NCBI GenBank assembly: GCA_050011565.1 | Contig: JBEKIW010000002.1 | Span: 400,494-464,493, forward strand | DNA from: Dehalococcoidia bacterium | GTDB lineage: Bacteria > Chloroflexota > Dehalococcoidia > GIF9 > UBA5629 | Length of the DNA: 64,000 nt | Reading direction: 5' to 3' | Part shown: positions 55,022-64,000 of the stretch, in pieces | How the letters are laid out: each line of letters starts with the position of its first letter | Position numbering within the stretch: the stretch's first letter is position 1 | The notes under the pieces: generated by a model | Databases searched by the model: none | Told to the model about the DNA's origin: nothing | Seen by the model: the letters and a program-made list of their open reading frames with translations, nothing else | Program-made: the position numbers and the translations under genes

Positions 55022-56947
55022 ATGAGTAATAAGCAGTTTCCAAAGCTTTTTGAACCTGGCCGGATAGGAAGCTTGGAACTAAAAAACCGGCTGGTCATGC
55101 CACCGATGGCTACGAATTACGCCTTAAAAGACGGGTCAGTTACAGACCGACAGATAGACTATTATGAAGAAAGGGCTAAGGGTGGCGCCGGGCTCGTTAT
55201 AGTTGAGATTTCCTGTGTGGATGCCCCTATTGGCAAAGGAACAATGAGGCAGATAGTTATTGACCATGACCGGTTTATTCCCGCCCTGAGCAAGTTGGCG
55301 GCGGCCATAAAACGGCATGGGGCCAAAGCAGCGATACAAATTCATCATGCCGGAAGGCAGACCTCGTCTCAGATTACAGGCCATCAGCCGGTAGCACCCT
55401 CGCCCATTCCTTTGCCCGGAGGCGAGCTGCCCAGAGAGCTAACTTCAGAAGAGATAGCGGCGTTGATTGTATGTTTTGCCGAGGCTGCAGATCGGGCTAA
55501 AAAGGCAGGCTTCGATGGTGTGGAGATACATGGCGCACATGGCTATCTCATATCTGAGTTTCTGTCGCCACTGTCGAATCATCGACAGGATGCATACGGC
55601 GGCAGCATCGAAAACAGGGCTCGATTTCTGCTGGAAGTCATAAAGGCTATTAGAGGCAAGGTGGGGAAGGACTATCCCGTCTGGTGTCGACTCAGTGGCA
55701 CGGAGATAGGTGCCGATGGAGGAATCACTGTGGAAGAGACGCAAACAGTGGCCCAGCAGGCGGAGAAAGCAGGCGTGGATGCTATTCACGTTTCAGCGCA
55801 CACGGTCGGGCCGGCCAGACGCTCCCCGATGGCACAGCCGCCGTGTAGCTTTGTGCCCCTGGCTGAAGCGGTAAAGAAGGTTGTTTCGGTGCCTGTTATC
55901 GCTGTCGGCAGAATTCCACCTGAATTCGCTGAAGAGGTTATCCGTGACGGCAAGGCGGACTTCGTCTCCATGGGACGTGAGCTGCTGGTAGACCCGTATT
56001 TACCGCAGAAAGCAGAAAGCGGAAAACCGGAAGATATCAGGCCTTGTATCTATTGCCTGACCTGTCTCGATAGTATGAACTGGCGCCGGGAGGGTGTTTG
56101 CTGTGTGGTAAATCCGGCTCTGGGGAAAGAAAGAGAGTCCGAGCTGAAGCCGACAAAAAGCCCTAAGAAAGTAGTTGTGGTAGGCGGCGGGCCGGGCGGA
56201 ATGGAGGCAGCCAGGGTGGCAGCGTTAAGAGGACATAAGGTGGTGTTATTCGACGAAGGGGAAGAACTGGGTGGACAGCTGCTTTTAGCGGCAAAGCCGC
56301 CTTTCAAGGACACGATTGAGACGTTTCGGCAGTACCTGGTAAGGCAGGTAACTAAGTTGGGTGTTGAGCTGCGGCTGCGACAAAAGTTTACTACGGAAAT
56401 GCTGCGTGAACTCAAGCCGGATAGCGTTATACTGGCCACCGGTGTAAAGCCATTTATTCCTCAGATACCCGGGATACAAAGTAAAAAAGTTATTCAGGCG
56501 AGCCAGGTTCTGATGGGCGCTGAAACCGGAGACAGGATAGTGGTCATTGGTGGAGAGCTGGTTGGCTGCGAGACGGCGCTGTTTTTGATGGAGCGTGGCA
56601 AAAAAGTCACCGTTATGAGGCGAGGGCCGGAATTAGCTACCAAGGTCCACCAGCTAATGAGGGAACCGATGCTGGCCAGGCTGAAATATAAAGGGGCTTC
56701 CATACTGACTGGTGTTGATTACCAGGGAATAACTGATGCCGGCGTTGTTATAAAAACGGGCACCGGTGAAAAAAAGGTTATTGAGGCGGACACGGTGGTA
56801 CTGGCAGCCGGTTCCACGCCTAACACCGAGCTCAGAGCAGCCTTGAAAGGCAAGGTGGCACAGGTGCTGTCGGTGGGTGACTGCGTGGAGCCGCGCAGTA
56901 TAATGGAAGCAGTGGAGGAAGGATTCAAAGCGGGACTCACGGTGTAA
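55022..56947 (+). CDS. NADH:flavin oxidoreductase (OYE + Fe-S + FAD; FadH/BaiCD-like)
   Basis: KNRLVMPPM, EIHGAHGYL, RQDAYGG, CIYCLTC..CVVNP and GGGPGG motifs. Confidence 0.9.
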   Translation: MSNKQFPKLFEPGRIGSLELKNRLVMPPMATNYALKDGSVTDRQIDYYEERAKGGAGLVIVEISCVDAPIGKGTMRQIVIDHDRFIPALSKLAAAIKRHGAKAAIQIHHAGRQTSSQITGHQPVAPSPIPLPGGELPRELTSEEIAALIVCFAEAADRAKKAGFDGVEIHGAHGYLISEFLSPLSNHRQDAYGGSIENRARFLLEVIKAIRGKVGKDYPVWCRLSGTEIGADGGITVEETQTVAQQAEKAGVDAIHVSAHTVGPARRSPMAQPPCSFVPLAEAVKKVVSVPVIAVGRIPPEFAEEVIRDGKADFVSMGRELLVDPYLPQKAESGKPEDIRPCIYCLTCLDSMNWRREGVCCVVNPALGKERESELKPTKSPKKVVVVGGGPGGMEAARVAALRGHKVVLFDEGEELGGQLLLAAKPPFKDTIETFRQYLVRQVTKLGVELRLRQKFTTEMLRELKPDSVILATGVKPFIPQIPGIQSKKVIQASQVLMGAETGDRIVVIGGELVGCETALFLMERGKKVTVMRRGPELATKVHQLMREPMLARLKYKGASILTGVDYQGITDAGVVIKTGTGEKKVIEADTVVLAAGSTPNTELRAALKGKVAQVLSVGDCVEPRSIMEAVEEGFKAGLTV

Positions 56948-56951
56948 TATT

Positions 56952-57097
56952 TTCATCCTCACCCTAATCCTATCCCGTTCCCCATATCCCAGCGGGAGTA
57001 AATCCTCGCTGGATGCCTGCCCGCCCTTCTTCCTGAGGGAGTGGAAAGAAGAAAAGAGTTCTCTCTCCCCCGGAGGGAGAGAGTTAGAGTGAGGGGG
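56952..57097. repeat. Composite palindromic element with the 52-bp core
   Basis: Identical core to 46014-46065, plus a CTCTCTCCC..GGGAGAGAG hairpin. Confidence 0.85.
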
Positions 57098-57191
57098 AAC
57101 AAAATCAAAATAAAAAATTACAAAAAATGCAAAAATCATCGCTAGGATGTTTTTGGTCATTGGCATTTGCGGTTTTGGATTTGTTTAGAGT

Positions 57192-58595
57192 TTAGGATTT
57201 GGGTGTGGTGGGGAGGCTTTTGAGGTACTCCGCCCGGCGGGTCATGGCTGCCAGAGCCCTTACGGCGTTCTCCGGCATGGTATAAGCCGGTATACCACGC
57301 CTGACGGCCAGGGACATGCCCTGACGCTGGTCGATGGAGTTGCCGGGGACGACGATTATGGGTTTCCGGTTCTGGTCGCGGATGCTCTCCAGTCGCGAAA
57401 GGAACCACTCGTCCTGGATAAAGGCATAGCAAATAGTCAGGCACGAGTCGACTACCTCAGCCATTATCTCCAGGCAGGTAGCATAAATCGAAGCGGCGTC
57501 GACAAAAGGGACCCAAACCAGGTCTACCGGGTTTCCCCGCGCCGGAGAGGGCGGCACCTTGCCTTCAAGAAATTCGCGGAGCTTCAATTGCGCATGTTGG
57601 GGAAGCGGCGAGATGTTCAGCCCAGCCCGGGCGCAGGCATCGCCGGTAGCCACGGCGCCGCCTCCGGCCTCTATCAGCAAGCCTACTTCCCTGCCTGTTG
57701 GTAGATAGGGGCAACTGAAGGCAACAGCCAGGTCTATCAGTTCCTCCAGGCTCCGGGCGGAGATTATGCCCTTCTGCCGACTGACAGCCTCAAACAGAGC
57801 GTAGTTGCCTGCCAGTGAGCCGGTATGGGAAGCAGCCGCCTTAGCGCCGAACTCAGAGCTGCCACCTTTCCACACGATGATTGGCTTTTTAGGCGATATT
57901 TCCTCAGCCAGCTTAAGAAAACGCCGGGGCTGCTTTATGCCCTCGATGTAGGCGGCAAAGACCTTCGTCTCTGGGTCGTTACCGAAATACTTTAAAAAGT
58001 CCTCGATGGTGAGGTCGCTCTGGTTGCCGATGCTGACGATGCCGCTGAAACGGAGCCCGCGCTCGCTGCCGAGTCGGGTGGTGTTCTCGCTGGCCCAGCC
58101 GCTCTGACCGATAAAAGCCACGCCGCCGGGCTCCATGGGCACCCTGGCATGAGGAACGATGGTGTTGATGCAGCCTTTGGGCGAGAATATCCCCATGCAG
58201 TTGGGCCCGACTATGCGGACACCGCCCCTGCGCGCAGCCTCTACCATCTGCTTTTCCAGCTCTTTACCTTCAGGACCCAGTTCGCTAAAGCCGACGCTGT
58301 GGACAACGGCGAACTTGATGCCTTTTTGGGCGCATTCGGCCATTGCCTGCGGCACACCCTGAGCCGGTATAGCGATTATCGCCAAGTCTATTTGTCCGGT
58401 GACATCGAGAACGCTGGGGTAGCTTTTCAGGGACATGATTTCGGATTCTCTGCGGTTTATGGGGTATATGGCGCCTTTGTAGCCGTCCTTCAACAGGCTG
58501 GAGACGAACATTCCGCCTGATTTTAATTCATCCTGCGAGGCACCGACTATGGCTACGGATTCAGGCTGAAAAAGGCTTTTCAGGTCAGAAAACAT
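57192..58595 (-). CDS. ADP-forming acyl-CoA synthetase alpha subunit
   Basis: VAIVGAS, GPNCMG, QSG, SIGNQ, ASHTGSLAG phospho-His and NPVDL motifs. Confidence 0.88.
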   Translation of the reverse strand: MFSDLKSLFQPESVAIVGASQDELKSGGMFVSSLLKDGYKGAIYPINRRESEIMSLKSYPSVLDVTGQIDLAIIAIPAQGVPQAMAECAQKGIKFAVVHSVGFSELGPEGKELEKQMVEAARRGGVRIVGPNCMGIFSPKGCINTIVPHARVPMEPGGVAFIGQSGWASENTTRLGSERGLRFSGIVSIGNQSDLTIEDFLKYFGNDPETKVFAAYIEGIKQPRRFLKLAEEISPKKPIIVWKGGSSEFGAKAAASHTGSLAGNYALFEAVSRQKGIISARSLEELIDLAVAFSCPYLPTGREVGLLIEAGGGAVATGDACARAGLNISPLPQHAQLKLREFLEGKVPPSPARGNPVDLVWVPFVDAASIYATCLEIMAEVVDSCLTICYAFIQDEWFLSRLESIRDQNRKPIIVVPGNSIDQRQGMSLAVRRGIPAYTMPENAVRALAAMTRRAEYLKSLPTTPKS

Positions 58596-58656
58596 ATTTA
58601 TATTTTTGCTCGGGCAGCGGTTGAAATTATATAACAGTGGCTCGATGTTGGAAAGA

Positions 58657-59115
58657 CTAGGTAATGATCGAGCTCATTTTGGGGTTCCCAAAATTTTTGG
58701 GTAGAGCCAGTGCGGCGCGGTCTTTTAATCTGGGCCCCTTCATTAATCCCGCCGGTTCCAGTTTTGAGAAGGGTATGCTCGTGTACGGAGATTGCCCCTT
58801 TGCCCGGGCGCGCAGGGCTTTCACGACCTGAGGGTTATCCTGCAGTCTGGCTATTTTAGGATAGGACTCAGGCAGTTGCCCGTGCCTTCTGGCTGAAAGC
58901 TCATAACTTATGATGCTGTTTCGTGACATGTCCAATTTATAGCTGTAATGGTCTTCGAATGTGTTTATCAGATGGCGTGGATTAACAGGTCTTTCTTTCC
59001 CTGCAGCTCTGGCATAGCTCAGCAGCCCGACGCCTATGATGGTGGTAAATGGCTCGGGCATAAAGATTAAGGCCAGGGCTATAGATTGTAGCCCCGCGGA
59101 GTATGTAGACTTCAT
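58657..59115 (-). CDS. Hypothetical protein
   Basis: 152-aa ORF filling the gap; hydrophobic N-terminus with PEPFTTIIG. Confidence 0.6.
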   Translation of the reverse strand: MKSTYSAGLQSIALALIFMPEPFTTIIGVGLLSYARAAGKERPVNPRHLINTFEDHYSYKLDMSRNSIISYELSARRHGQLPESYPKIARLQDNPQVVKALRARAKGQSPYTSIPFSKLEPAGLMKGPRLKDRAALALPKNFGNPKMSSIIT

Positions 59116-59173
59116 ATTAAACTAACCAAAATCATATTTAAACCGATTTCTCTTTTTTTGTCAAACTGTTCTC

Positions 59174-59328
59174 TGTCATTGCGAGCCCTTCGCTTTGTCA
59201 TTTTGAGCTATTTATCCGCTCATTCTGAGCTTGTCGAAGAATTTCCGCTCAGGGTAAACTCTGCGTGGCAATCTCATGTTTATCACACCATGGAGATTGC
59301 TTTGGAGCTTACGACCCTGGAAATGGCA
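59174..59328. repeat. Nested GTCATTGCGAG / GTCATTCTGAG palindromic repeats
   Basis: TGTCATTGCGAG...GGCAATCTC...GAGATTGC with an internal CGCTCATTCTGAGCTTGTCGAAGAAT identical to 10021-10046. Confidence 0.7.
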
Positions 59329-59350
59329 GTTAAACGGCTGGTCTTATTTT

Positions 59351-59656
59351 TTACTTCAGTTTCTTTTGCAGCCAGGCAATCCGGTCTTTAATGACTTTCG
59401 ACGCTTCGGCGCCGTTGCCACTGCCGGTCAAGTCGTTAGCCAGCTTATCATCGCCGAATACGTCGCGAATCCAATTGCTGAAATCATTCTTTAGCGGCGT
59501 TACATGATGGCGATATGAGTCATCAGACATATGTACCAGGCAATCAGCTAATTGTTGCAGGTTCTCCGAAACACAGCCGTCGTGGCAAAAGAAGCGTTTA
59601 TCTCCACTGGTATCGGACAGAACTCTAGCTGCATCTTCTCTGGTTCTAACTGCCAT
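59351..59656 (-). CDS. DUF5752-like hypothetical protein
   Basis: FFCHDG, HHVT..KNDFSNWIRDVFGD..LA pattern; AAGGAGG SD. Confidence 0.7.
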   Translation of the reverse strand: MAVRTREDAARVLSDTSGDKRFFCHDGCVSENLQQLADCLVHMSDDSYRHHVTPLKNDFSNWIRDVFGDDKLANDLTGSGNGAEASKVIKDRIAWLQKKLK

Positions 59657-59832
59657 CGCCACCGACCTCCTTAACTATGGTCGCTCCTTGACCCTGAAGC
59701 TGTTCTCCCTTATAATAATGTGCCCTGCAAGTAATGAAATCTTGTTCATTATAAGGTTGGTATTTTACTGTCCTGATTTAACCTAACACAATTTGTTTAC
59801 CTTTGTCAAAGACCGCTAAAGGGAGTAGTCAT

Positions 59833-60156
59833 ATGGCCAGGTGGACTTTCATTACCAATCACGGTTTAGTTTTAGGCTATATTGCTTACAATCCGAGCAG
59901 CACAGCCCGTGTGATTGCTCAAGCCGTAGGCATAACGGAGAGGACGACTCATAAATTAATAGCTGAATTGGAAGAGGCCGGCTATATTTCTCGAAAAAGA
60001 GTGGGCAGAAAAAATCAGTATCAAGTCAATCTTAACCTGCCGCTTCGCCATCCCAGCCACGTCGATATGGTGGTGGGGGAGTTGCTCCAGCTACTGGCGT
60101 GGAAAAAGGCCGTTCCTGCCAAAGAGCAAATGAAACTGCCCATGGCCATTCCTTGA
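59833..60156 (+). CDS. Winged-helix transcriptional regulator
   Basis: WTFITNHG, IAQAVGITER, LEEAGYI, GRKNQY and LRHP. Confidence 0.85.
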   Translation: MARWTFITNHGLVLGYIAYNPSSTARVIAQAVGITERTTHKLIAELEEAGYISRKRVGRKNQYQVNLNLPLRHPSHVDMVVGELLQLLAWKKAVPAKEQMKLPMAIP

Positions 60157-60171
60157 AACCGCAAGAGGTAT

Positions 60172-60999
60172 TTGCTTAATTTGGATTCACTAATCGAGCG
60201 AGCTGCTGGAGATTTATTGAAAAGCAAACATGCTATTGCTTTAACCGGCGCCGGTATGTCAACCGAATCGGGCATACCGGATTTCCGCGGGCCGAATGGC
60301 ATCTGGACCAAAGACCCGGAAGCTGAAAAAAGAGCTTATCAAACATATCACACTTTCCTCAGAAATCCCAAGGAATACTGGGAGGATGTGCTCAGCGGGC
60401 GGTCGATACTCGGCGATTTGGCCAGTGCCAGGCCGAATCCAGGTCACGAAGCGCTTGTTGAGCTGGAAAAACTCGGCATACTCAAGTCCGTGCTAACCCA
60501 GAACATTGATGGCTTACACGTCAAGGCAGGCAGCCAGCGGGTTCTGGAATACCACGGCTCTGTTTTGAAGCTGCGCTGTCCTTCTTGCGGCTCAAGATAT
60601 CAGCGTGACGAGTACGACCTGAATAGACTGATGCTGGAAGACAAATTGCCGCCGCGATGTAACAAATGCAGCAGCCCCATAAAAGGCGATGTTGTTCACT
60701 TTAATGAGCCGATACCGTCGGATGTTGCCCACGACAGCCTTGAAGAAGCCTGGAAATGCGATTTGATGTTAATCTGCGGGACTTCGGCAGTCGTTTATCC
60801 TTTTGCCCAGTTGCCACGGATAGCCCGGCAGCGACAGGTTGAGGAAAGCCGGAACAAGGAAGCTGCAACGACCATAATCGAAGTCAACGCCGAGCCCACG
60901 CCGTTGACGGCAGAGGGAATCTCCGATTATCTGATTCAGGGCCGCACCGCGGAAATCCTGCCCCGGATTGTCAAGGCAGTGAAAAAACTGTCCAGGTGA
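60172..60999 (+). CDS. cobB: Sirtuin NAD-dependent deacylase
   Basis: TGAGMSTESGIPDFRG, TQNIDGLH, HGS, two CxxC and GTSAVVYP. Confidence 0.9.
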   Translation: MLNLDSLIERAAGDLLKSKHAIALTGAGMSTESGIPDFRGPNGIWTKDPEAEKRAYQTYHTFLRNPKEYWEDVLSGRSILGDLASARPNPGHEALVELEKLGILKSVLTQNIDGLHVKAGSQRVLEYHGSVLKLRCPSCGSRYQRDEYDLNRLMLEDKLPPRCNKCSSPIKGDVVHFNEPIPSDVAHDSLEEAWKCDLMLICGTSAVVYPFAQLPRIARQRQVEESRNKEAATTIIEVNAEPTPLTAEGISDYLIQGRTAEILPRIVKAVKKLSR

Positions 61000-61012
61000 A
61001 GACGGTTCTAGC

Positions 61013-61945
61013 ATGAGCTTTCGTAGACCTGATATTATCCGCCCGCCGAGTGAATGGAAGAGCTATTTTCTGCCTTTAACCTCCGGTTGTTCCAATAATA
61101 CCTGCGCTTTCTGCGGTTATTACGGCTCAAAGCTGCAGATACGGGACATCGATGACGTCAAGAAAGAAATAGAAGCTTTATCTTTGTTCATGCAAAGCGG
61201 AATTCGCCTGCCTGCTGTTTCCAACGTGGTGTATGCCGTGGCTCAAGGTTGGGATGGTACAAGGGTATTTCTTCAGGATGGAGACGCCCTTGTTTGTCCC
61301 TTCGCCAAATTGAAGGAGGTCCTGCAATACTTAAATGAAAAGCTGCCTTCTGTGGAAAGGATTGCCGCATATGCTACTCCTAAGGACATCCTGCGAAGAA
61401 GCCATGACCAGCTTACAGAACTAAAAGGTCTCAAGCTGTCGATATTTTACATGGGGGTAGAAAGCGGCGATGACAAAGTGCTCCAAAAAGTAATGAAGGG
61501 AGTGAAACGTCAGGAGCTGGTTGAGGCGGGAAAGAAAGTGAAGGAAGCCGGCATAACCCTCTCCGTGACGGTGATTCTAGGCCTTGGCGGGTTTGAAGGA
61601 AGTGAAGAGCATGCATTGGAGACAGCTAAAATTCTCACCGAGATCGACCCGGATTATGCCGGAGCTCTGACCTTGACACTGGTCCCGGGGACTCCTCTTT
61701 ACGAGCAATGGCAGCAGTGTAAATTCCACCCAATCTCTCCCTTCCGTTCTCTGGAGGAGCTAAAAATCATGATAGAGCATTCCAGCTTTACCGATTGCTT
61801 CTTCAGCTCAATGCATGCTTCGAACTATATTTCTGTTCGAGGAAAGTTGCCTCAAGATAAGGAAAGGATGCTCAGGGAATTAGAAGCGGTTCTGGCAGTA
61901 AAAGACCCCTCCTTGCTCAAGCCCGAGTTTCTCAGGGGATTGTAA
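61013..61945 (+). CDS. Radical SAM protein
   Basis: IIRPPSE, GCSNNTCAFC, FLQDGDA, GVESG, ILGLGG and HASNY. Confidence 0.88.
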   Translation: MSFRRPDIIRPPSEWKSYFLPLTSGCSNNTCAFCGYYGSKLQIRDIDDVKKEIEALSLFMQSGIRLPAVSNVVYAVAQGWDGTRVFLQDGDALVCPFAKLKEVLQYLNEKLPSVERIAAYATPKDILRRSHDQLTELKGLKLSIFYMGVESGDDKVLQKVMKGVKRQELVEAGKKVKEAGITLSVTVILGLGGFEGSEEHALETAKILTEIDPDYAGALTLTLVPGTPLYEQWQQCKFHPISPFRSLEELKIMIEHSSFTDCFFSSMHASNYISVRGKLPQDKERMLRELEAVLAVKDPSLLKPEFLRGL

Positions 61946-62076
61946 TAGCAGCAATAGTGGATTTCTAGTGAAAGCCTGGTCAAGCGAAGGCGATGTATCA
62001 AGCGCACATTTTGGCTTTTTGTGTAGGCCAGTTGTTAGATGGAACTATCCCTTCTGAATAGATCCGAAATATAAAA

Positions 62077-64000
62077 TTATTTACGAATTTGGAGAGTATC
62101 TTCTTGCGCTGCCTTCCTTTTTTTAGCGGCACGACGGAACTTTAATATTAACACCACGACAGCTGCCAGAATCAGGACACCTATGATTAGAACGGCAATT
62201 AAAACACCATTCAAAGGTGCACCAGCAGACCCGCCGGCACCAATGATGGTGAAGCTGCCTGTCTGCCCGCCGATGTCTATGGCGTAAGTCCCCGGCTGGG
62301 ACTCGGTTACGGTGAACTTCACCGGTTGTGTACCCCGTCGGCCAACGCTCACTGTCTTAGTCTGCTCCACCTGTCCATTTATCTTGAGGACTACATTGTA
62401 GTTACCGGCCTCGTCACCGGTATTGACTACATTGGTTATGATAGTCACCGGCTGATTGGGATACGCCTGCTGCGGGTTGATGTTCAGGTACTGCAGCGAC
62501 ATCTGAGCTGGTTTTAGCCAATTTGGTAGAGTCTGTAAGACTCGGCGTGCGGCTGGCTCCAATCCTGCTGCTTGAACGACCGCTGGCCCGCCGGGGTCAA
62601 CGATGGTGCCGTTAGCCACGCCATCGGCGTCACCCAGGCCGCCGTCGGTAATGGTTAAAGTCAATATATTGTCACCATTATTATCTCCCAGTAGTGAAGT
62701 GCAATCTACCCATTGTCCATTGATGCATTTCCAGTACCACGTTCCCATGGGCATATTTGAAGGGAGAGTGATGGTTATTATCACCGTTGAGCCAGCGGGA
62801 ATATTAGTGATATTAAATGAGAAGAAGCCGTGGGGGAAGATGAAGCCTGAAAGGATTCCACATGGGGTAGAGATTGCTGCAGTTAGACCCGTGATAGCGC
62901 CGTTGCTGGTGGTGAAGGTGGCGGTGCCTGTACCGGTGGCTGTAGTAACCTGCTGGCTCGACTGCTGCACGTTGTTGGTCACAGCCTGGTCGGTAAAGCT
63001 TTGCAGCACGTTGCCATCAGCAGCCAGCACCGTGCCCATGTTGTAGCTGACGGTGACGATATCCCCATAAACGATGGCGGTACCGGAACAGGTTAAATCT
63101 ATCCTGGTGTTATCCGCGTCCAGGGCAGCCGCGGAGAAGCTCTGGGCAGGGCCGCCGTTGACCTTATAGCTGAACTCACCTTGCTTGCCGGTGGGGTCAG
63201 CCATGGTCTTACTGAAGGTGATGGTGATGGTGGTGCCGGCTGTGTTCGTGGCCGCCGATACAAACGTGGGTGGCCCGGGCACGTTGTTGGTCACAGCCTG
63301 GTCGGTAAAGCTTTGCAGCACGTTGCCATCAGCAGCCAGCACCGTGCCCATGTTGTAGCTGACGGTGACGGTATCCCCATAAGCGATGGCGGTCCCGGAA
63401 CAGGTTAAATCTATCTTGATATTATCCGCGTCCAGGGCAGCCGCGGAGAAGCTCTGCGCAGGACCGACGCCGATCTTATAACTGAACTCAGCCTGCTTGC
63501 CGGCGGGGTCGGCCATGGTCTTACTGAAGGTGATGATGATGGTGGTGCCGGTCACGTCGGTGGCTGCCGAGACAAACGTGGGTGGTGGCACTGGCATATT
63601 GTTGGTCACGGCCTGGTCGGTAAAGCTTTGCAGCACACCGCCGTCAGCAGCCAGTACCGTGCCCATGTTGTAGCTCACGGTGACGATATCCCCATAAGCG
63701 ATGGCGGTCCCGGAACAGGTTAAATCTATCCTGGTGTTATCCGCGTCCAGGGCAGCCGCGGAGAAGCTCTGGGCAGGACCGACGCCGATCTTATAATTGA
63801 ACTCAGTCTGCTTGCCGGCGGGGTCGGCCATGGTCTTACTGAAGGTGATGATGATGGTGGTGCCGGTCACGTTGGTGGCTGCCGAGACAAACGTGGGTGG
63901 TGGCACTGGCATATTGTTGGTCACGGCCTGGTCGGTAAAGCTTTGCAGCACACCGCCGTCAGCAGCCAGTACCGTGCCCATGTTGTAGCTCACGGTGACG
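62077..64000 (-). CDS. Large surface protein, C-terminal part: SwmB-like repeats, choice-of-anchor-U-like domain, CARDB-like Ig domain, TM anchor (start lies beyond the window)
   Basis: Three full and one partial 104-105 aa repeats; FPHGFFSFNI..TDGGLGDADG..IVDPGGP domain; C-terminal TM followed by a basic tail. Confidence 0.85.
   Translation of the reverse strand, partial: VTVSYNMGTVLAADGGVLQSFTDQAVTNNMPVPPPTFVSAATNVTGTTIIITFSKTMADPAGKQTEFNYKIGVGPAQSFSAAALDADNTRIDLTCSGTAIAYGDIVTVSYNMGTVLAADGGVLQSFTDQAVTNNMPVPPPTFVSAATDVTGTTIIITFSKTMADPAGKQAEFSYKIGVGPAQSFSAAALDADNIKIDLTCSGTAIAYGDTVTVSYNMGTVLAADGNVLQSFTDQAVTNNVPGPPTFVSAATNTAGTTITITFSKTMADPTGKQGEFSYKVNGGPAQSFSAAALDADNTRIDLTCSGTAIVYGDIVTVSYNMGTVLAADGNVLQSFTDQAVTNNVQQSSQQVTTATGTGTATFTTSNGAITGLTAAISTPCGILSGFIFPHGFFSFNITNIPAGSTVIITITLPSNMPMGTWYWKCINGQWVDCTSLLGDNNGDNILTLTITDGGLGDADGVANGTIVDPGGPAVVQAAGLEPAARRVLQTLPNWLKPAQMSLQYLNINPQQAYPNQPVTIITNVVNTGDEAGNYNVVLKINGQVEQTKTVSVGRRGTQPVKFTVTESQPGTYAIDIGGQTGSFTIIGAGGSAGAPLNGVLIAVLIIGVLILAAVVVLILKFRRAAKKRKAAQEDTLQIRK
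62968..64000. repeat. Intragenic 312-315 bp tandem repeats
   Basis: GTTGGTCAC anchor recurs at 62974, 63286, 63601 and 63916 with near-identical sequence. Confidence 0.9.

Noticed and set aside
1-64000. tRNA, rRNA, integrase, transposase or prophage genes
   Set aside because: None recognised by eye; a tRNAscan/Infernal run would be needed to exclude short RNAs.

Overview
A gene-dense 64 kb bacterial chromosomal segment. The gene repertoire suggests an anaerobic Chloroflexota (Dehalococcoidia-like) organism; this is an inference, not a search result. Housekeeping genes include typA, recN, rpsU, a DEAD-box helicase, glgC, ppsA, rlmN and a sirtuin. Accessory modules are: (i) an ArsR / zinc-ribbon / DsrE / TusA / DsrMK-like sulfur-relay operon whose zinc-ribbon gene looks like an unannotated selenoprotein; (ii) an FGGY kinase / form IV RuBisCO-like / saccharopine-dehydrogenase-like operon; (iii) an AT-rich metallophosphoesterase-STAND NTPase gene, probably defence-related; (iv) a 7.2 kb glycosyltransferase/GH130 block bracketed by a duplicated 3' end of the helicase gene; (v) a mycothiol-like mshA/mshB/mshD set; (vi) an extended SDR plus steroid 5-alpha-reductase pair; (vii) a repeat beta-propeller lipoprotein and a large repeat surface protein cut by the window end. 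Intergenic DNA carries at least five families of palindromic or heptameric repeats, one of them abutting a DUF559 nuclease gene, plus a 25-bp tandem array and a small gene enclosed by inverted repeats. I saw no rRNA, tRNA, CRISPR array, integrase or transposase. All family calls come from reading motifs by eye, with no database searches.
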